64,000 nt of DNA from Bacteriovoracaceae bacterium (GTDB lineage: Bacteria; Bdellovibrionota; Bacteriovoracia; Bacteriovoracales; Bacteriovoracaceae), in contig CANFHC010000007.1 of NCBI GenBank assembly GCA_947446575.1, positions 65,763 through 129,762 on the forward strand, given 5' to 3'. This document shows, one piece after another, positions 1 to 9,482 of this stretch (position 1 is the first letter of the stretch; every line of letters starts with the position of its first letter). The position numbers and the translations under genes are program-made. Below the pieces are notes generated by a model that made no database searches, was not told the origin of the DNA, and saw only the letters and a program-made list of their open reading frames with translations.

Positions 1-1
1 G

Positions 2-172
2 GTCAATAAAGAATATCAGGAATTAAAATCTGCTGATATTGGGATGATTTTCACGATTGCAAAAAATCTTACCCTCCAAGCTAAATACACAAACGGTAAA
101 AATAACTCAAACAATACCACTGCTGCCTATAAAGCTGATGCCCTTAGCATGGGCTTAGGGTTTAAGTTTTAG
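2..172 (+). CDS. 3' end of an outer-membrane porin/β-barrel-like protein (partial; N-terminus lies off the window)
   Basis: An open frame from the window edge ends ...ADALSMGLGFKF* with a terminal Phe, a signature of outer-membrane β-barrel proteins. The frame has no start inside the window. Confidence 0.45.
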   Translation, partial: VNKEYQELKSADIGMIFTIAKNLTLQAKYTNGKNNSNNTTAAYKADALSMGLGFKF

Positions 173-203
173 TCATTTCCTCACTAATGCCGCTTGGCTT
201 CAG

Positions 204-240
204 ACCTCGTTTTTACGAGGCTATTTTCTTTTCTTTTAAG
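204..240 (+). terminator. Rho-independent terminator (hairpin cctcgt-tttt-acgagg followed by a T-rich run)
   Basis: A perfect 6-bp stem is followed by 'ctattttcttttctttt' directly downstream of the partial porin gene. Confidence 0.6.
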
Positions 241-293
241 CCTTCTTGGCCTAACCTAATCCAGTCGTTTTACATTCTTAAATAACCAAGGAA

Positions 294-2630
294 TTGACCG
301 TGAGTAATCAACGAAATGATCGCAATGACCGAACTGAAGCAGACGAAAAAAGACAACAGGCCCTAGACTATCACTCGGAAGGGCGCCCAGGCAAAATCGA
401 GGTCATTTCGACTAAGCCTACACTAACATCAATGGATCTAACTAAGGCTTATTCTCCCGGGGTAGCATGGCCCTGCTTAGAAATCGCAAAAGATCCAGAA
501 CTCGCTTATAAGTACACCGCAAAAGGAAACTTAGTTGCAGTAATCTCTAACGGGACAGCTGTATTAGGTTTAGGAAATATTGGTGCACTTGCTGGTAAAC
601 CAGTAATGGAAGGAAAAGGATTACTCTTTAAACGTTTTGCTGACATCGATGTTTTTGACATCGAACTCAATGCACCTACAGTTGAAGAGATGGTTAATAT
701 AGTAGCTGCAATGGAGCCAACTTTCGGTGGAGTAAACTTAGAAGACATCAAAGCGCCAGAGTGTTTTGAAATTGAAACTCAACTAATAGAAAGAATGAAT
801 ATTCCGGTTTTTCACGACGATCAGCATGGAACTGCTATTATTGCGACTGCGGCTTTTTTAAATGCAATCGAAATAACTAACAGAGATATTAAAAAAATAA
901 AAGTCGTAGTCTCTGGGGCAGGAGCTGCTGCTATTTCAGTTTCAAAATTATTTTTTGAACTTGGATTGCCTCACGCCAATTTAATCATGTGTGACTCTAA
1001 CGGTGCTATCTATAAAGGCCGTACAGTTGGTATGAATAAATATAAAGAAGAATTCGCAGTAGATACAAAAGCTAGAACTTTGGCCGAAGCGATGAATGGT
1101 TGTGACTGCTTTCTTGGTTTATCTGCTCGAGGGCTTGTAAGCCCAGAGATGGTTGCTTCAATGGCAAAAAATCCTATCATTTTTGCAATGGCAAACCCGG
1201 ATCCAGAAATTTATCCTCACGAAGTTCATGCCATAAGAAACGATGCAATCATGGCAACTGGAAGATCAGACTTTCCAAACCAAGTTAACAACGTTTTAGG
1301 ATTTCCATTTATTTTCCGTGGAGCTCTTGATGTAAGAGCTAAAAAAATTAACATGGCAATGAAACTTGCTGCTGTAAAAGCTTTAGCTGAACTTGCTAAA
1401 GAAGAAGTGCCTGAAGAAGTTAAGATGGCCTACAGTGGAGAAGATTTTAAATTTGGTGTAAATTATCTTATTCCAAAACCATTTGACCCGCGCGTTCTTA
1501 CCCGCGTAACTCCAGCTGTAGCAAAAGCTGCAATGGATTCAGGTGTGGCTCGAATTAATATAGACGATCTTCAAGCTTACGCTCGTTCACTTGAAGGAAG
1601 AATGGGCAACACTGCTCAATTTATGAAATCTCTTCGTGACCGACTAGAAACTCATGTCGCTAAACGTGGATCGAAAATTAAAATGATTTTTGCAGAGGGA
1701 ACAAATACTCGTATTCTTCAAGCTGTTAAACAACTTGTTGAAGAAGACAAAATTGAACCAATTCTTCTTGGAAGAAAAAAAGCAATACACAAAAAAATGG
1801 ATTTACTTGGTTTAGAAAAATTAAAAGATGAAGTAAAAACAATTAACCCTAGAAAACATGAACAATTTGAAAACTACGTTCGCATGTACTCTAAAGAGAG
1901 ACAAAGAAGTGGGATTTCAATTTATCATGCTGAAGAATTAATGAGTCACCAAAATTACTTTGGCTCAATGATGGTTAAGCACGGTCTTGCTGATGCCGTA
2001 ATCGCAGGTCCAACACTTAATTACGCTGACTGCTTCCCTCCTCTTATGCACGTTCTTGGAACGCAAGATAAGAAGAGTGCTGCAGGTATCTTCATTATGA
2101 CTTTCAAAAACCGCGTGCTATTCTTTGCAGACTGTGCAGTTCAGATCGAACCTACTGAAGATCAATTGTGTGAGATCGCAGCTGGAACGGCTGATCTTTT
2201 CAGAAAACTTATGAAACGAGAGCCTCGTATCGCTTTCCTTAGTTACTCAAACTTTGGATCAAACGATCACGAAAAAGCATTAAAAGTTAAACGTGCAGTT
2301 CAAATGACTAAAACACGTTATCCAAATTTAATCGTTGATGGTGAAGTTCAAGCTGACGTAGCAGTTAACAAGAATTTAATGGATAAATTATTTAACTTCT
2401 CAACTCTTGATGGGCCAACAGACATTCTCATTTTCCCTGAGCTAAACTCAGCGAACATCAGCTATAAACTTCTTGCTCAACTGGCCAACGCTAATGCTAT
2501 TGGACCAATCCTTGTTCCAATGAATCATTCAGCGAACATTATTCCAAGAACAGCAAGTGTGACTGAAATTGTTAATATGTGTGTTTTATCAGCCATGCTA
2601 TCTGATAAAAAAATTAGTCCTAGAGAGTAG
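294..2630 (+). CDS. maeB: NADP-dependent malic enzyme with a C-terminal phosphotransacetylase-like domain (MaeB-type); the start may be the GTG at 300
   Basis: The 778 aa product has an N-terminal malic-enzyme/NAD(P)-binding region (GAGAAAISVSKL Rossmann motif) and a C-terminal PTA-like half of about 330 aa. An AAGGA ribosome-binding site lies 10 nt before the GTG at 300. Confidence 0.9.
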   Translation: MTVSNQRNDRNDRTEADEKRQQALDYHSEGRPGKIEVISTKPTLTSMDLTKAYSPGVAWPCLEIAKDPELAYKYTAKGNLVAVISNGTAVLGLGNIGALAGKPVMEGKGLLFKRFADIDVFDIELNAPTVEEMVNIVAAMEPTFGGVNLEDIKAPECFEIETQLIERMNIPVFHDDQHGTAIIATAAFLNAIEITNRDIKKIKVVVSGAGAAAISVSKLFFELGLPHANLIMCDSNGAIYKGRTVGMNKYKEEFAVDTKARTLAEAMNGCDCFLGLSARGLVSPEMVASMAKNPIIFAMANPDPEIYPHEVHAIRNDAIMATGRSDFPNQVNNVLGFPFIFRGALDVRAKKINMAMKLAAVKALAELAKEEVPEEVKMAYSGEDFKFGVNYLIPKPFDPRVLTRVTPAVAKAAMDSGVARINIDDLQAYARSLEGRMGNTAQFMKSLRDRLETHVAKRGSKIKMIFAEGTNTRILQAVKQLVEEDKIEPILLGRKKAIHKKMDLLGLEKLKDEVKTINPRKHEQFENYVRMYSKERQRSGISIYHAEELMSHQNYFGSMMVKHGLADAVIAGPTLNYADCFPPLMHVLGTQDKKSAAGIFIMTFKNRVLFFADCAVQIEPTEDQLCEIAAGTADLFRKLMKREPRIAFLSYSNFGSNDHEKALKVKRAVQMTKTRYPNLIVDGEVQADVAVNKNLMDKLFNFSTLDGPTDILIFPELNSANISYKLLAQLANANAIGPILVPMNHSANIIPRTASVTEIVNMCVLSAMLSDKKISPRE

Positions 2631-2636
2631 TAGGCG

Positions 2637-2668
2637 GAAAAAATGCTCCCACAGGAGCATTTTTACAT
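2637..2668 (+). terminator. Rho-independent terminator hairpin (aaaaatgctcc-cacag-gagcatttttt)
   Basis: An inverted repeat with flanking A and T runs between maeB and ridA could terminate in both directions. Confidence 0.55.
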
Positions 2669-2671
2669 CGC

Positions 2672-3109
2672 TTGAAAATAATTAAACGCGGAACTTCTTT
2701 TTTAAGAGTTCCGCCTACCAAGAGGTTTTGGATGACAAAAATTATTGTTAAAACTGATAATGCACCAGCGGCCGTTGGAACTTACTCTCAGGGAGTAGGT
2801 GTTAATGGAACATTTTATTTTTCGGGACAAATTGGAATTGATCCAAAAACAAACAATCTTGTTGATGGTTTTGGACCTCAACTAAAGCAAGTTATGAAAA
2901 ATATCGATGGTCTGTTGGGATCTCAAGGTCTCACTCGTGAAAATATTATAAAGACGTCTATTTTCTTAACTGACTTAAATAATTTTGCCGAAGTGAACCA
3001 AGCTTATGTAGAATTTTTTAAAGAACCATATCCTGCTCGCAGTACGGTAGAAGTTTCTAAGCTACCAAAAGGAAGTTTAGTTGAAATTGAAGTTATTGCC
3101 GCAAAATAA
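2672..3109 (+). CDS. ridA: RidA/YjgF-family reactive-intermediate deaminase; the true start is probably the Met at 2732, giving about 126 aa
   Basis: The YjgF/RidA pattern reads ...DNAPAAVGTYSQGV...GQIGIDP...ARSTVEVSKLPKGSLVEIEVIA. The family length argues for the internal start. Confidence 0.85.
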   Translation: MKIIKRGTSFLRVPPTKRFWMTKIIVKTDNAPAAVGTYSQGVGVNGTFYFSGQIGIDPKTNNLVDGFGPQLKQVMKNIDGLLGSQGLTRENIIKTSIFLTDLNNFAEVNQAYVEFFKEPYPARSTVEVSKLPKGSLVEIEVIAAK

Positions 3110-3126
3110 GGTAACATAAGAACAAA

Positions 3127-3783
3127 ATGATTTTAAAAAGTAAGTACGTATTCGAATCTAAATCAACCAAAATGTATCGGCATCTTCAAGGGGTGCTGAT
3201 TATTCTGGTTTCTATATTTATTACTTATTCATTTGTTTGCTCAATTCTTCTTTTAGATGCTAGAAATGAAACAAAAAACGCCAAGACTACTTTTGTAAAC
3301 TCTCCACCAGATCTTATTGTTGTTTTTACCGGTGGCCCTGGTCGAATTGAATACGCGGTTAAAAAGGCTCAAGAATTTAAGCAACCGAATGTTTTTATCT
3401 CGGGAGTTTATGAAAAAAATTCGGTTAAAACTTTAATTAACCCGATTAATCCAAACTCTACTGAAACTGATCATATTGAAATTGATTATACCGCTAGAAA
3501 TACTGTGGAGAATGTCATCTCTACTTTAAAATACCTTAGAAACAATCGTGGACTTGAAAAAATCCTGATTATCTCAAGTGACTATCACATTATGAGAATT
3601 AAGCAGATTATTAACACTCTTATTCGCGAAGAAGATAAATTTACTTTTTACTTCTCAGCCGTTTCTTCTAATTATTTGCATTTAAAAAATATAAGATTAC
3701 TCTATATCGAAACTTTTAAATTAGTTCGCACTAAAGTCTTCTTAATGTTTTGGGATCAGAAATCACCAATAGATGTTTCGTGA
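3127..3783 (+). CDS. DUF218/YdcF-SanA-family membrane-anchored protein
   Basis: An N-terminal transmembrane helix is followed by a DUF218-like core (LIVVFTGGPGRIEY...ISGV...SSDYHIMR). Confidence 0.6.
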   Translation: MILKSKYVFESKSTKMYRHLQGVLIILVSIFITYSFVCSILLLDARNETKNAKTTFVNSPPDLIVVFTGGPGRIEYAVKKAQEFKQPNVFISGVYEKNSVKTLINPINPNSTETDHIEIDYTARNTVENVISTLKYLRNNRGLEKILIISSDYHIMRIKQIINTLIREEDKFTFYFSAVSSNYLHLKNIRLLYIETFKLVRTKVFLMFWDQKSPIDVS

Positions 3784-3797
3784 CGTTACCCCAGAGC

Positions 3798-5990
3798 CTA
3801 GACTCTGGTTACCGAAATAACTTCTTCAAGAGATTCAATGCTGGAAATTGTCTTCAGTAGTTCACTATAATCTTTAACTTCGATTTCAAAGATGAAACTA
3901 CCTTTTCGATCCGGCATAGATTTAGCCATCGCACTTCGAATATTGATTCCACTATTATTGATCGTCTTAGAAATAAGTGAAAGAATTCCTGGCTTATCTT
4001 GAGTCATAACTCGCACACTCACAGGATGAGTGAAGTTAAATCCTTTATTCCAACTTACTTTAATAGTGCGCACGAGTGTTTCAGCGTCTACGCGATTACA
4101 ATCTGACTTGTGCACAGTAATTCCACGTCCACGCGTGATGAATCCAACGATTGAATCGCCAGGAATCGGGTTGCAGCATTTTGCCATGCGAACCATTACA
4201 TCACTCATCCCATCGACAATAACTGCATTGTCCGAATGAGTTTTCTTGCGGACATTTTTTGTCATCTCACTGCTGTAAGATTCAATATCTTCAATTTCAG
4301 AAATTTCTTGTTTAGCCGCTTGCTCTTTTAGTGAAGGAAGATTTTCGATAACTTGTTTTGCTGAAAATTTCCCAGAACCAACTTGTACACAAAGTTCGTC
4401 TTCATCAATGATATGATTTTCATCAAAAAAATCTTTGAAATCATTTTTCTTTAAAAGTGCCTTTAGGCTTGTATTAAATGATTTGAAAGCTTTCTCTAAA
4501 ATATCGCGACCTAGGTCTCTATTTTCATCACGTTCAACTTTTAATAGCCATTGCTTAATTTTACTGCGGGCTTTAGAACTTTTAGCAATATTCAACCAAT
4601 CTTTTGAGGGAGATTGCGTTTTGCTTGTTAAAATTTCAATTGAATCACCTGATTTTAAAACGTGGCGAAGAGGAACGATCTTACCGTTAATCTTAGCTCC
4701 AACGCAGTGATGCCCAACTTCTGTATGGATTTCATAAGCAAAGTCTAGCGGTGTTGCCCCGTATTTTAGCTCGCGAACGTCTCCCTTCGGAGTAAAAACA
4801 AAAACACCATCGAGATCTAAATCGTTTTTAATAACATCTAAAAATTCACGATTGTTATCTGTATTTTTATTGTACTCAAGAAGCTCTTGAACCCAATCAA
4901 GTTTAGGTGCAGATTTTCCTGCCAACCCTTCTTTATATTTCCAGTGAGCTGCAACCCCAGCTTCAGCAACTTCATCCATCTCGTTAGTTCTAATTTGGAT
5001 TTCAATGCGCTCTGCTCTCGGTCCCATGACGGCCGTGTGAAGTGATTGATAATTATTTACTTTAGGAATAGCAATATAGTCCTTAAAGCGTCCAGGAATA
5101 GGAGTAAATGACGAGTGGATAATTCCGAGTGCTTTATAACATTCAGTAATATTGGAGACAATTAAACGGAAGGCAAGTAAGTCCTGCACTTGTTCAAAAT
5201 CAACTCCACGAGCTGTCATTTTTTTGTAGATAGAATAAAAATGTTTCGGACGTCCCTTCACTTCTGCGTGCAGAGAGTATTCCAAAAGTTTTTCTTTAAT
5301 GGTTGTGATTACTTCTCTAATGTAATTATCTCGTTCCGATTTTTTCATCGAAACTTTTTCAGCTAAACGATAATAAATTTCTGGCTTCAAAAAACGCAGG
5401 CACAAATCTTCCAGTTCAGACTTAACAGAGTTAATCCCCAAACGACTTGCAAGTGGTACATAAATATCGAGCGTTTCTTGTGCGATTTTTTTTTGTTTTT
5501 CATCAGAAACGTATTGTAACGTCCTCATGTTATGCATACGATCGGCAAGCTTTACGATGATGACTCTTAAGTCTTTTGCCATCGCCACAACCATCTTACG
5601 AAAGTTTTCAATTTGCGATTCTTCTTTTGTCTTAAATTTAATCTTTGAAATTTTAGTAAGACCAACAACTAAGTCAGATACCCCTATATTAAATTCTTTT
5701 TCAATTTCTTGAGGAGTAACACCGCAGTCTTCGACAACATCGTGGAGAAGGCCCGCCATGATTGTATCTAGATCCATATGTAAACGAATCAAAGTCGCTG
5801 CAACGTTAACTGGATGAATAATGTAATCTTCCCCTGAACTTCTTTTTTGCCCCTTATGTGCATTTTCAGCAAATAAATAGGCTTTACGAAGCATAGTGAA
5901 ATTGGCATCGGGATAATACGCTTCGACTCTTCTAACGAGGTCGTCAATGGTAAGATCTCTTTCATGAGAAAAATCTAAGTTTTGGTACAT
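3798..5990 (-). CDS. spoT: Bifunctional (p)ppGpp synthetase/hydrolase (RelA/SpoT family, with the HD hydrolase motif intact)
   Basis: The 730 aa product has an HD domain (HDVVED), a RelA/SpoT synthetase core and TGS and ACT-like C-terminal regions. Confidence 0.9.
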   Translation of the reverse strand: MYQNLDFSHERDLTIDDLVRRVEAYYPDANFTMLRKAYLFAENAHKGQKRSSGEDYIIHPVNVAATLIRLHMDLDTIMAGLLHDVVEDCGVTPQEIEKEFNIGVSDLVVGLTKISKIKFKTKEESQIENFRKMVVAMAKDLRVIIVKLADRMHNMRTLQYVSDEKQKKIAQETLDIYVPLASRLGINSVKSELEDLCLRFLKPEIYYRLAEKVSMKKSERDNYIREVITTIKEKLLEYSLHAEVKGRPKHFYSIYKKMTARGVDFEQVQDLLAFRLIVSNITECYKALGIIHSSFTPIPGRFKDYIAIPKVNNYQSLHTAVMGPRAERIEIQIRTNEMDEVAEAGVAAHWKYKEGLAGKSAPKLDWVQELLEYNKNTDNNREFLDVIKNDLDLDGVFVFTPKGDVRELKYGATPLDFAYEIHTEVGHHCVGAKINGKIVPLRHVLKSGDSIEILTSKTQSPSKDWLNIAKSSKARSKIKQWLLKVERDENRDLGRDILEKAFKSFNTSLKALLKKNDFKDFFDENHIIDEDELCVQVGSGKFSAKQVIENLPSLKEQAAKQEISEIEDIESYSSEMTKNVRKKTHSDNAVIVDGMSDVMVRMAKCCNPIPGDSIVGFITRGRGITVHKSDCNRVDAETLVRTIKVSWNKGFNFTHPVSVRVMTQDKPGILSLISKTINNSGINIRSAMAKSMPDRKGSFIFEIEVKDYSELLKTISSIESLEEVISVTRV

Positions 5991-6005
5991 TCCCTGCTCT
6001 ATGCC

Positions 6006-6602
6006 TTAGTCTGCTAAAATCTTGGCGGTGATTTCAGTCAATCTCTTGTAGGCGTGTTCGATATCATCGTTATAAATTAAAAAATCAAAATCATTTTTTC
6101 TTAAAAGTTCTTTGTGGGCATTCATCAATCGCAAGTTAATCACCTTTGTATTTTCCGTGCCTCTATTGCGTAAACGTTTTTCTAGTTCCTCAACCGATGG
6201 TGGCGAAATGAATATGACGTTTGCTTTCTCTCCGAAATATTGTTTTATAGAATCTGTTCCTTGAACGTCTAGATCAAAAAGCAAATGTTTTCCTTCATGC
6301 AAGCTTTGTTCAACAAACAATTTAGAAGTTCCATAAAAATTGCCGTGAACTTCTGCCCATTCTAAAAATTCGTCTGCTTCTTTTTTTTCCAAGAACTCTT
6401 CACGCCCAATGAAAAAATAACTTTCCCCATGAACTTCACCAGATCGCATGGGTCTCGTGGTAAAAGAAACCGATTCAACTAAAGATGGAAAATCCAACTT
6501 CAGTCTCTTAATCATAGTCGATTTTCCAGTTCCTGACGGGGCAACAATGACAATTAATTTTCCATATTCAATTTTCTTACTCAATATTGAGTCCTTGCTC
6601 AC
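6006..6602 (-). CDS. gmk: Guanylate kinase
   Basis: P-loop SGTGKST is followed by ...FTTRPMRSGEVHGESYFF, and the length is 198 aa. The gene lies immediately upstream of spoT. Confidence 0.88.
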   Translation of the reverse strand: MSKDSILSKKIEYGKLIVIVAPSGTGKSTMIKRLKLDFPSLVESVSFTTRPMRSGEVHGESYFFIGREEFLEKKEADEFLEWAEVHGNFYGTSKLFVEQSLHEGKHLLFDLDVQGTDSIKQYFGEKANVIFISPPSVEELEKRLRNRGTENTKVINLRLMNAHKELLRKNDFDFLIYNDDIEHAYKRLTEITAKILAD

Positions 6603-7452
6603 GCATCTTTTCTAACTGCACTTTCATCTGCACAACTGCATCTGAAATTTCTTTCATAGTTGACTTAGATCCCATGGTATTAGTCTCGCGACCTAATTCT
6701 TGGATTAAAAAATCAATCTGTCTTCCAACTTCATTAGTTGATTTTATAAGATTTTGAAATTTTTCCAAGTGGGCATGAACGCGATTTATCTCTTCATGGA
6801 TATCAATCTTTTCTAAATAAAAGACGACTTCCTGTAAAAGCCTACTTTGGTCCACATCCACCAGCTTTTTATAATCATCAACACGTTTTTTTAGTTTTTC
6901 TTCTACGTTGGATTTAAAATGCTCGGCATTTTTCTCTATCACTACAAAGTATGTTCTATAGTTTTCTAAGTGCTTTTCTAAAACTTTAATGAGCTTAGCT
7001 CCTTCGCTGGCCCGAGATCTTTTAAGTTCCGCCAGAGCACCTCGAAAAGCTTTCATTGCTAAATCTTTTAGCTCCACTTGGTTGATTTCATCTCCATCAC
7101 GCATAAACTCTGAACGAAGAAAATCAGTCATGTTTACTTTTGCTTCTAATCCGCTCTTTTGTAAAATAGGAGCAAGCTTCGTTACAAATTGAGAAATTTT
7201 ATTTTCATCCAAATCATCAAATCGACTTTTATTTGCAGCAGTCTTTACGTTGATATAAACATCAAAAGTTCCGCGTGAAAATGAATCACCGAGTTCTTTT
7301 CTTAATTCGATTTCCAAAGCACTTAAACTGCCAGGCATTTTAAAGCGGATATCTTTGAATCGATTATTTACACTCTTTACTTCAACTGAAACAACGTAAT
7401 TTTCCGATTCAACACTTGCTTCACCGAAACCTGTCATAGACTCTGCTGTCAT
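6577..7452 (-). CDS. yicC: YicC-family stress-induced protein (DUF1732 C-terminus)
   Basis: The 291 aa product has YicC_N-like and C-terminal ...GRETNTMGSKS... regions. It overlaps gmk by 26 bp, consistent with one operon. Confidence 0.75.
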   Translation of the reverse strand: MTAESMTGFGEASVESENYVVSVEVKSVNNRFKDIRFKMPGSLSALEIELRKELGDSFSRGTFDVYINVKTAANKSRFDDLDENKISQFVTKLAPILQKSGLEAKVNMTDFLRSEFMRDGDEINQVELKDLAMKAFRGALAELKRSRASEGAKLIKVLEKHLENYRTYFVVIEKNAEHFKSNVEEKLKKRVDDYKKLVDVDQSRLLQEVVFYLEKIDIHEEINRVHAHLEKFQNLIKSTNEVGRQIDFLIQELGRETNTMGSKSTMKEISDAVVQMKVQLEKMREQGLNIE

Positions 7453-7499
7453 TGGTATTATCCCCTTAAAATCTTTGCCCGAGGATATTACTTTTTAAT

Positions 7500-8162
7500 T
7501 TAGAGATCAAGGGCCCATCCTTCAACCTTGCCATTCTCAAAATATATTTGCTTCACGTTCCCGTCTTCATTGAAAAGCCATCTTTCGTTTTGGTTTTTGG
7601 GATTTCCGGCAATTTCAACGCGGGCGGGTTTTCCCCAAGCTTGCATGACTTGTCCTTTATCCATTCCAAGATACAAATCTTTACTATGGATTGAGTGCTT
7701 TTGAATAAAATCCTGCCCTTTCCCCTGATCCTCTTGCATATCTTGCTTTTTGAGGTTGATATAATTAGGTCTCTCACTCAAAGCGAGACTCAAGTAATAG
7801 AGTTTATCAGAATCTCCCGGAAGGTATTTTTTGTCCTTGGTGTACTGGTCCAGATATTCTTCAGGAATATCTGCCTCTTTCTGGAGCAATTCTTGCTGTA
7901 ATGAATCTTCTTCTTTTTGCTTCATTCGACTGCGTTCGCTAGCCGGCGTGCGCTTTTTGACTTCTTCGCGACTGCGATAAGCTTGACCGGTATCTCCACT
8001 TACAACAGGAAAGTCCTTTCCTGCTACAAAATAAGAGTCACTTTCGCGATTCATTTCTTCTATAAAACTTCTATCGGGCAAAAATCCTGAACAACTTACA
8101 AAAAGTAAAGCTGTCGCGGTCATCATCGCCCCATTTAATAAATTATTTTTTGTAAATTTCAT
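7500..8162 (-). CDS. Lipoprotein, hypothetical; start set at MKFTKNN... (the ORF-track start at 8240 is probably too far upstream)
   Basis: A signal peptide with lipobox LLFVSC|SG is followed by a low-complexity, charged mature part. Confidence 0.5.
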   Translation of the reverse strand: MKFTKNNLLNGAMMTATALLFVSCSGFLPDRSFIEEMNRESDSYFVAGKDFPVVSGDTGQAYRSREEVKKRTPASERSRMKQKEEDSLQQELLQKEADIPEEYLDQYTKDKKYLPGDSDKLYYLSLALSERPNYINLKKQDMQEDQGKGQDFIQKHSIHSKDLYLGMDKGQVMQAWGKPARVEIAGNPKNQNERWLFNEDGNVKQIYFENGKVEGWALDL

Positions 8163-8330
8163 ACACACTCTCCTGCCAGTCCTTTCGGGTGAGTGCTCTT
8201 TAAAAGTAAAATTCTGCAAAGAAAGATTGAGTTGAGGCAAGTTTTACCGATTACCTGAGTTGTTAACTCGGACTCAAAAATGTTTTTAATCTTTATTAAA
8301 TATTCTCCGATAAAAGTATGAGGAGATCGG

Positions 8331-9482
8331 GTGAATTTTTTAATAAAACTAGAAGATGCCATTAATAGTCTATTAGAAAAACTTTTAGAAAAACTAAAAG
8401 GCTTTACTCCTGCGTTCGTTTTTGAGTTTCTAATACTACTTAAACATCTTCCTTCATTTATAAAAAAGAAAATACAAAGCTACATGCCAAGATTGCGAAT
8501 CATGGGATTAAAATTTGTTGGCTACATTGAGCACTACACGACAATGATTCGTGGAGCCTTGATGAGTGTTATAATGTATCTTCGATCAGAAGAATTTAAA
8601 AAAGCGAATAAAAAAGATTTGCTTCTAGCTCCTCTTCGATTTGCTAAATTTCATCCACTTAAAGCACTCTCTGCTCTTTTTACGTTTTGTATCTTCGCAG
8701 GAGCAGCAGCTATCATCTTTCAAAATACAGAAAAAATTGTTACCGGAACAAGAGCGCTTAGAAAACCTGCTTCAAGTGAGCTGGCTGAAGAAGATAAATT
8801 TATTGAATTAAAAAATCACAAGTTTGAAGTAAAGCTCGGAGGTGGTGGTCATGGCGGTGGACATGGAGCAGCTCCAGCAGAAGAGCATGAGTACGAACTT
8901 TATCTCGACGTAAAAATTGAAGCCCTAAATGAAAGAGAAAAAGAATTTTTAGAACATATGGAAGAAATGTTAGATGATAACCTAGAAGCGTTAGAGCTTC
9001 CAGTTGTTCAGTTGCCGCTTGTTCCTGAAAACCAAAAACTAATTGAAGAGTTCATGGTTAAGTCTTTAAACACAGACTTCAAAGAAATTGGTCATGAAAA
9101 TCCGATTAAAAGTATTCACTTAAAACAAGTTCTCTCTAGCCGTCCAGTTTACTACCGACAAGCAGAAAGAATGATGAAAGTTGAAGATATCAGCTTGCAA
9201 CTTTTCTTAGAAGATACACACAGAAATAGACAGGTATGGATAGATTTTTCTGTCCTTGCTTCAAACCGCAATGTGATCCTCTATTTAAAAGAGCATGAAG
9301 TAGAATTAAAAGATCACCTCTCAACAAATGTAGAACCAGTCATCCCTCAACTTCCAGTGGAAGAAGAAGGACGAATGATTATTAAAGACAAAATGAGATT
9401 AGAAATAGATCAATTCTTAGAAAAAAATAAAATTGAAGGTAAGGTTTTAGAAATTTATCTTGATTACCTCATGGCCTCTTAA
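8331..9482 (+). CDS. Hypothetical membrane-associated protein with a Gly/His-rich stretch (GGGGHGGGHG); GTG start
   Basis: The 383 aa ORF has a hydrophobic helix near residue 100 and an acidic, coiled-coil-like C-terminal half. I recognise no family. Confidence 0.5.
   Translation: MNFLIKLEDAINSLLEKLLEKLKGFTPAFVFEFLILLKHLPSFIKKKIQSYMPRLRIMGLKFVGYIEHYTTMIRGALMSVIMYLRSEEFKKANKKDLLLAPLRFAKFHPLKALSALFTFCIFAGAAAIIFQNTEKIVTGTRALRKPASSELAEEDKFIELKNHKFEVKLGGGGHGGGHGAAPAEEHEYELYLDVKIEALNEREKEFLEHMEEMLDDNLEALELPVVQLPLVPENQKLIEEFMVKSLNTDFKEIGHENPIKSIHLKQVLSSRPVYYRQAERMMKVEDISLQLFLEDTHRNRQVWIDFSVLASNRNVILYLKEHEVELKDHLSTNVEPVIPQLPVEEEGRMIIKDKMRLEIDQFLEKNKIEGKVLEIYLDYLMAS

Noticed and set aside
506-751. 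Short ORFs from the six-frame track nested antisense or out of frame inside long, well-supported genes
   Set aside because: All are under 120 aa and sit entirely within confident CDSs, which is typical of AT-rich antisense frames. None has a recognisable motif. Examples are 506..751, 4030..4239, 4435..4710, 5527..5712, 6989..7192, 7553..7777, 7695..7901, 12094..12526, 22678..22917, 25136..25321, 29255..29440, 30410..30622, 32653..32850, 35973..36242, 36521..36745, 39783..39968, 40635..40985, 43227..43826, 44997..45257, 45611..45808, 49780..49989, 55268..56046, 57530..57957, 59534..59785, 61784..61969 and 62996..63319.
8850-8880. GGGGHGGGHG as a functional metal-binding repeat in 8331..9482
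   Set aside because: The segment is only 10 residues of low complexity and is the single occurrence in the protein. The evidence is insufficient.
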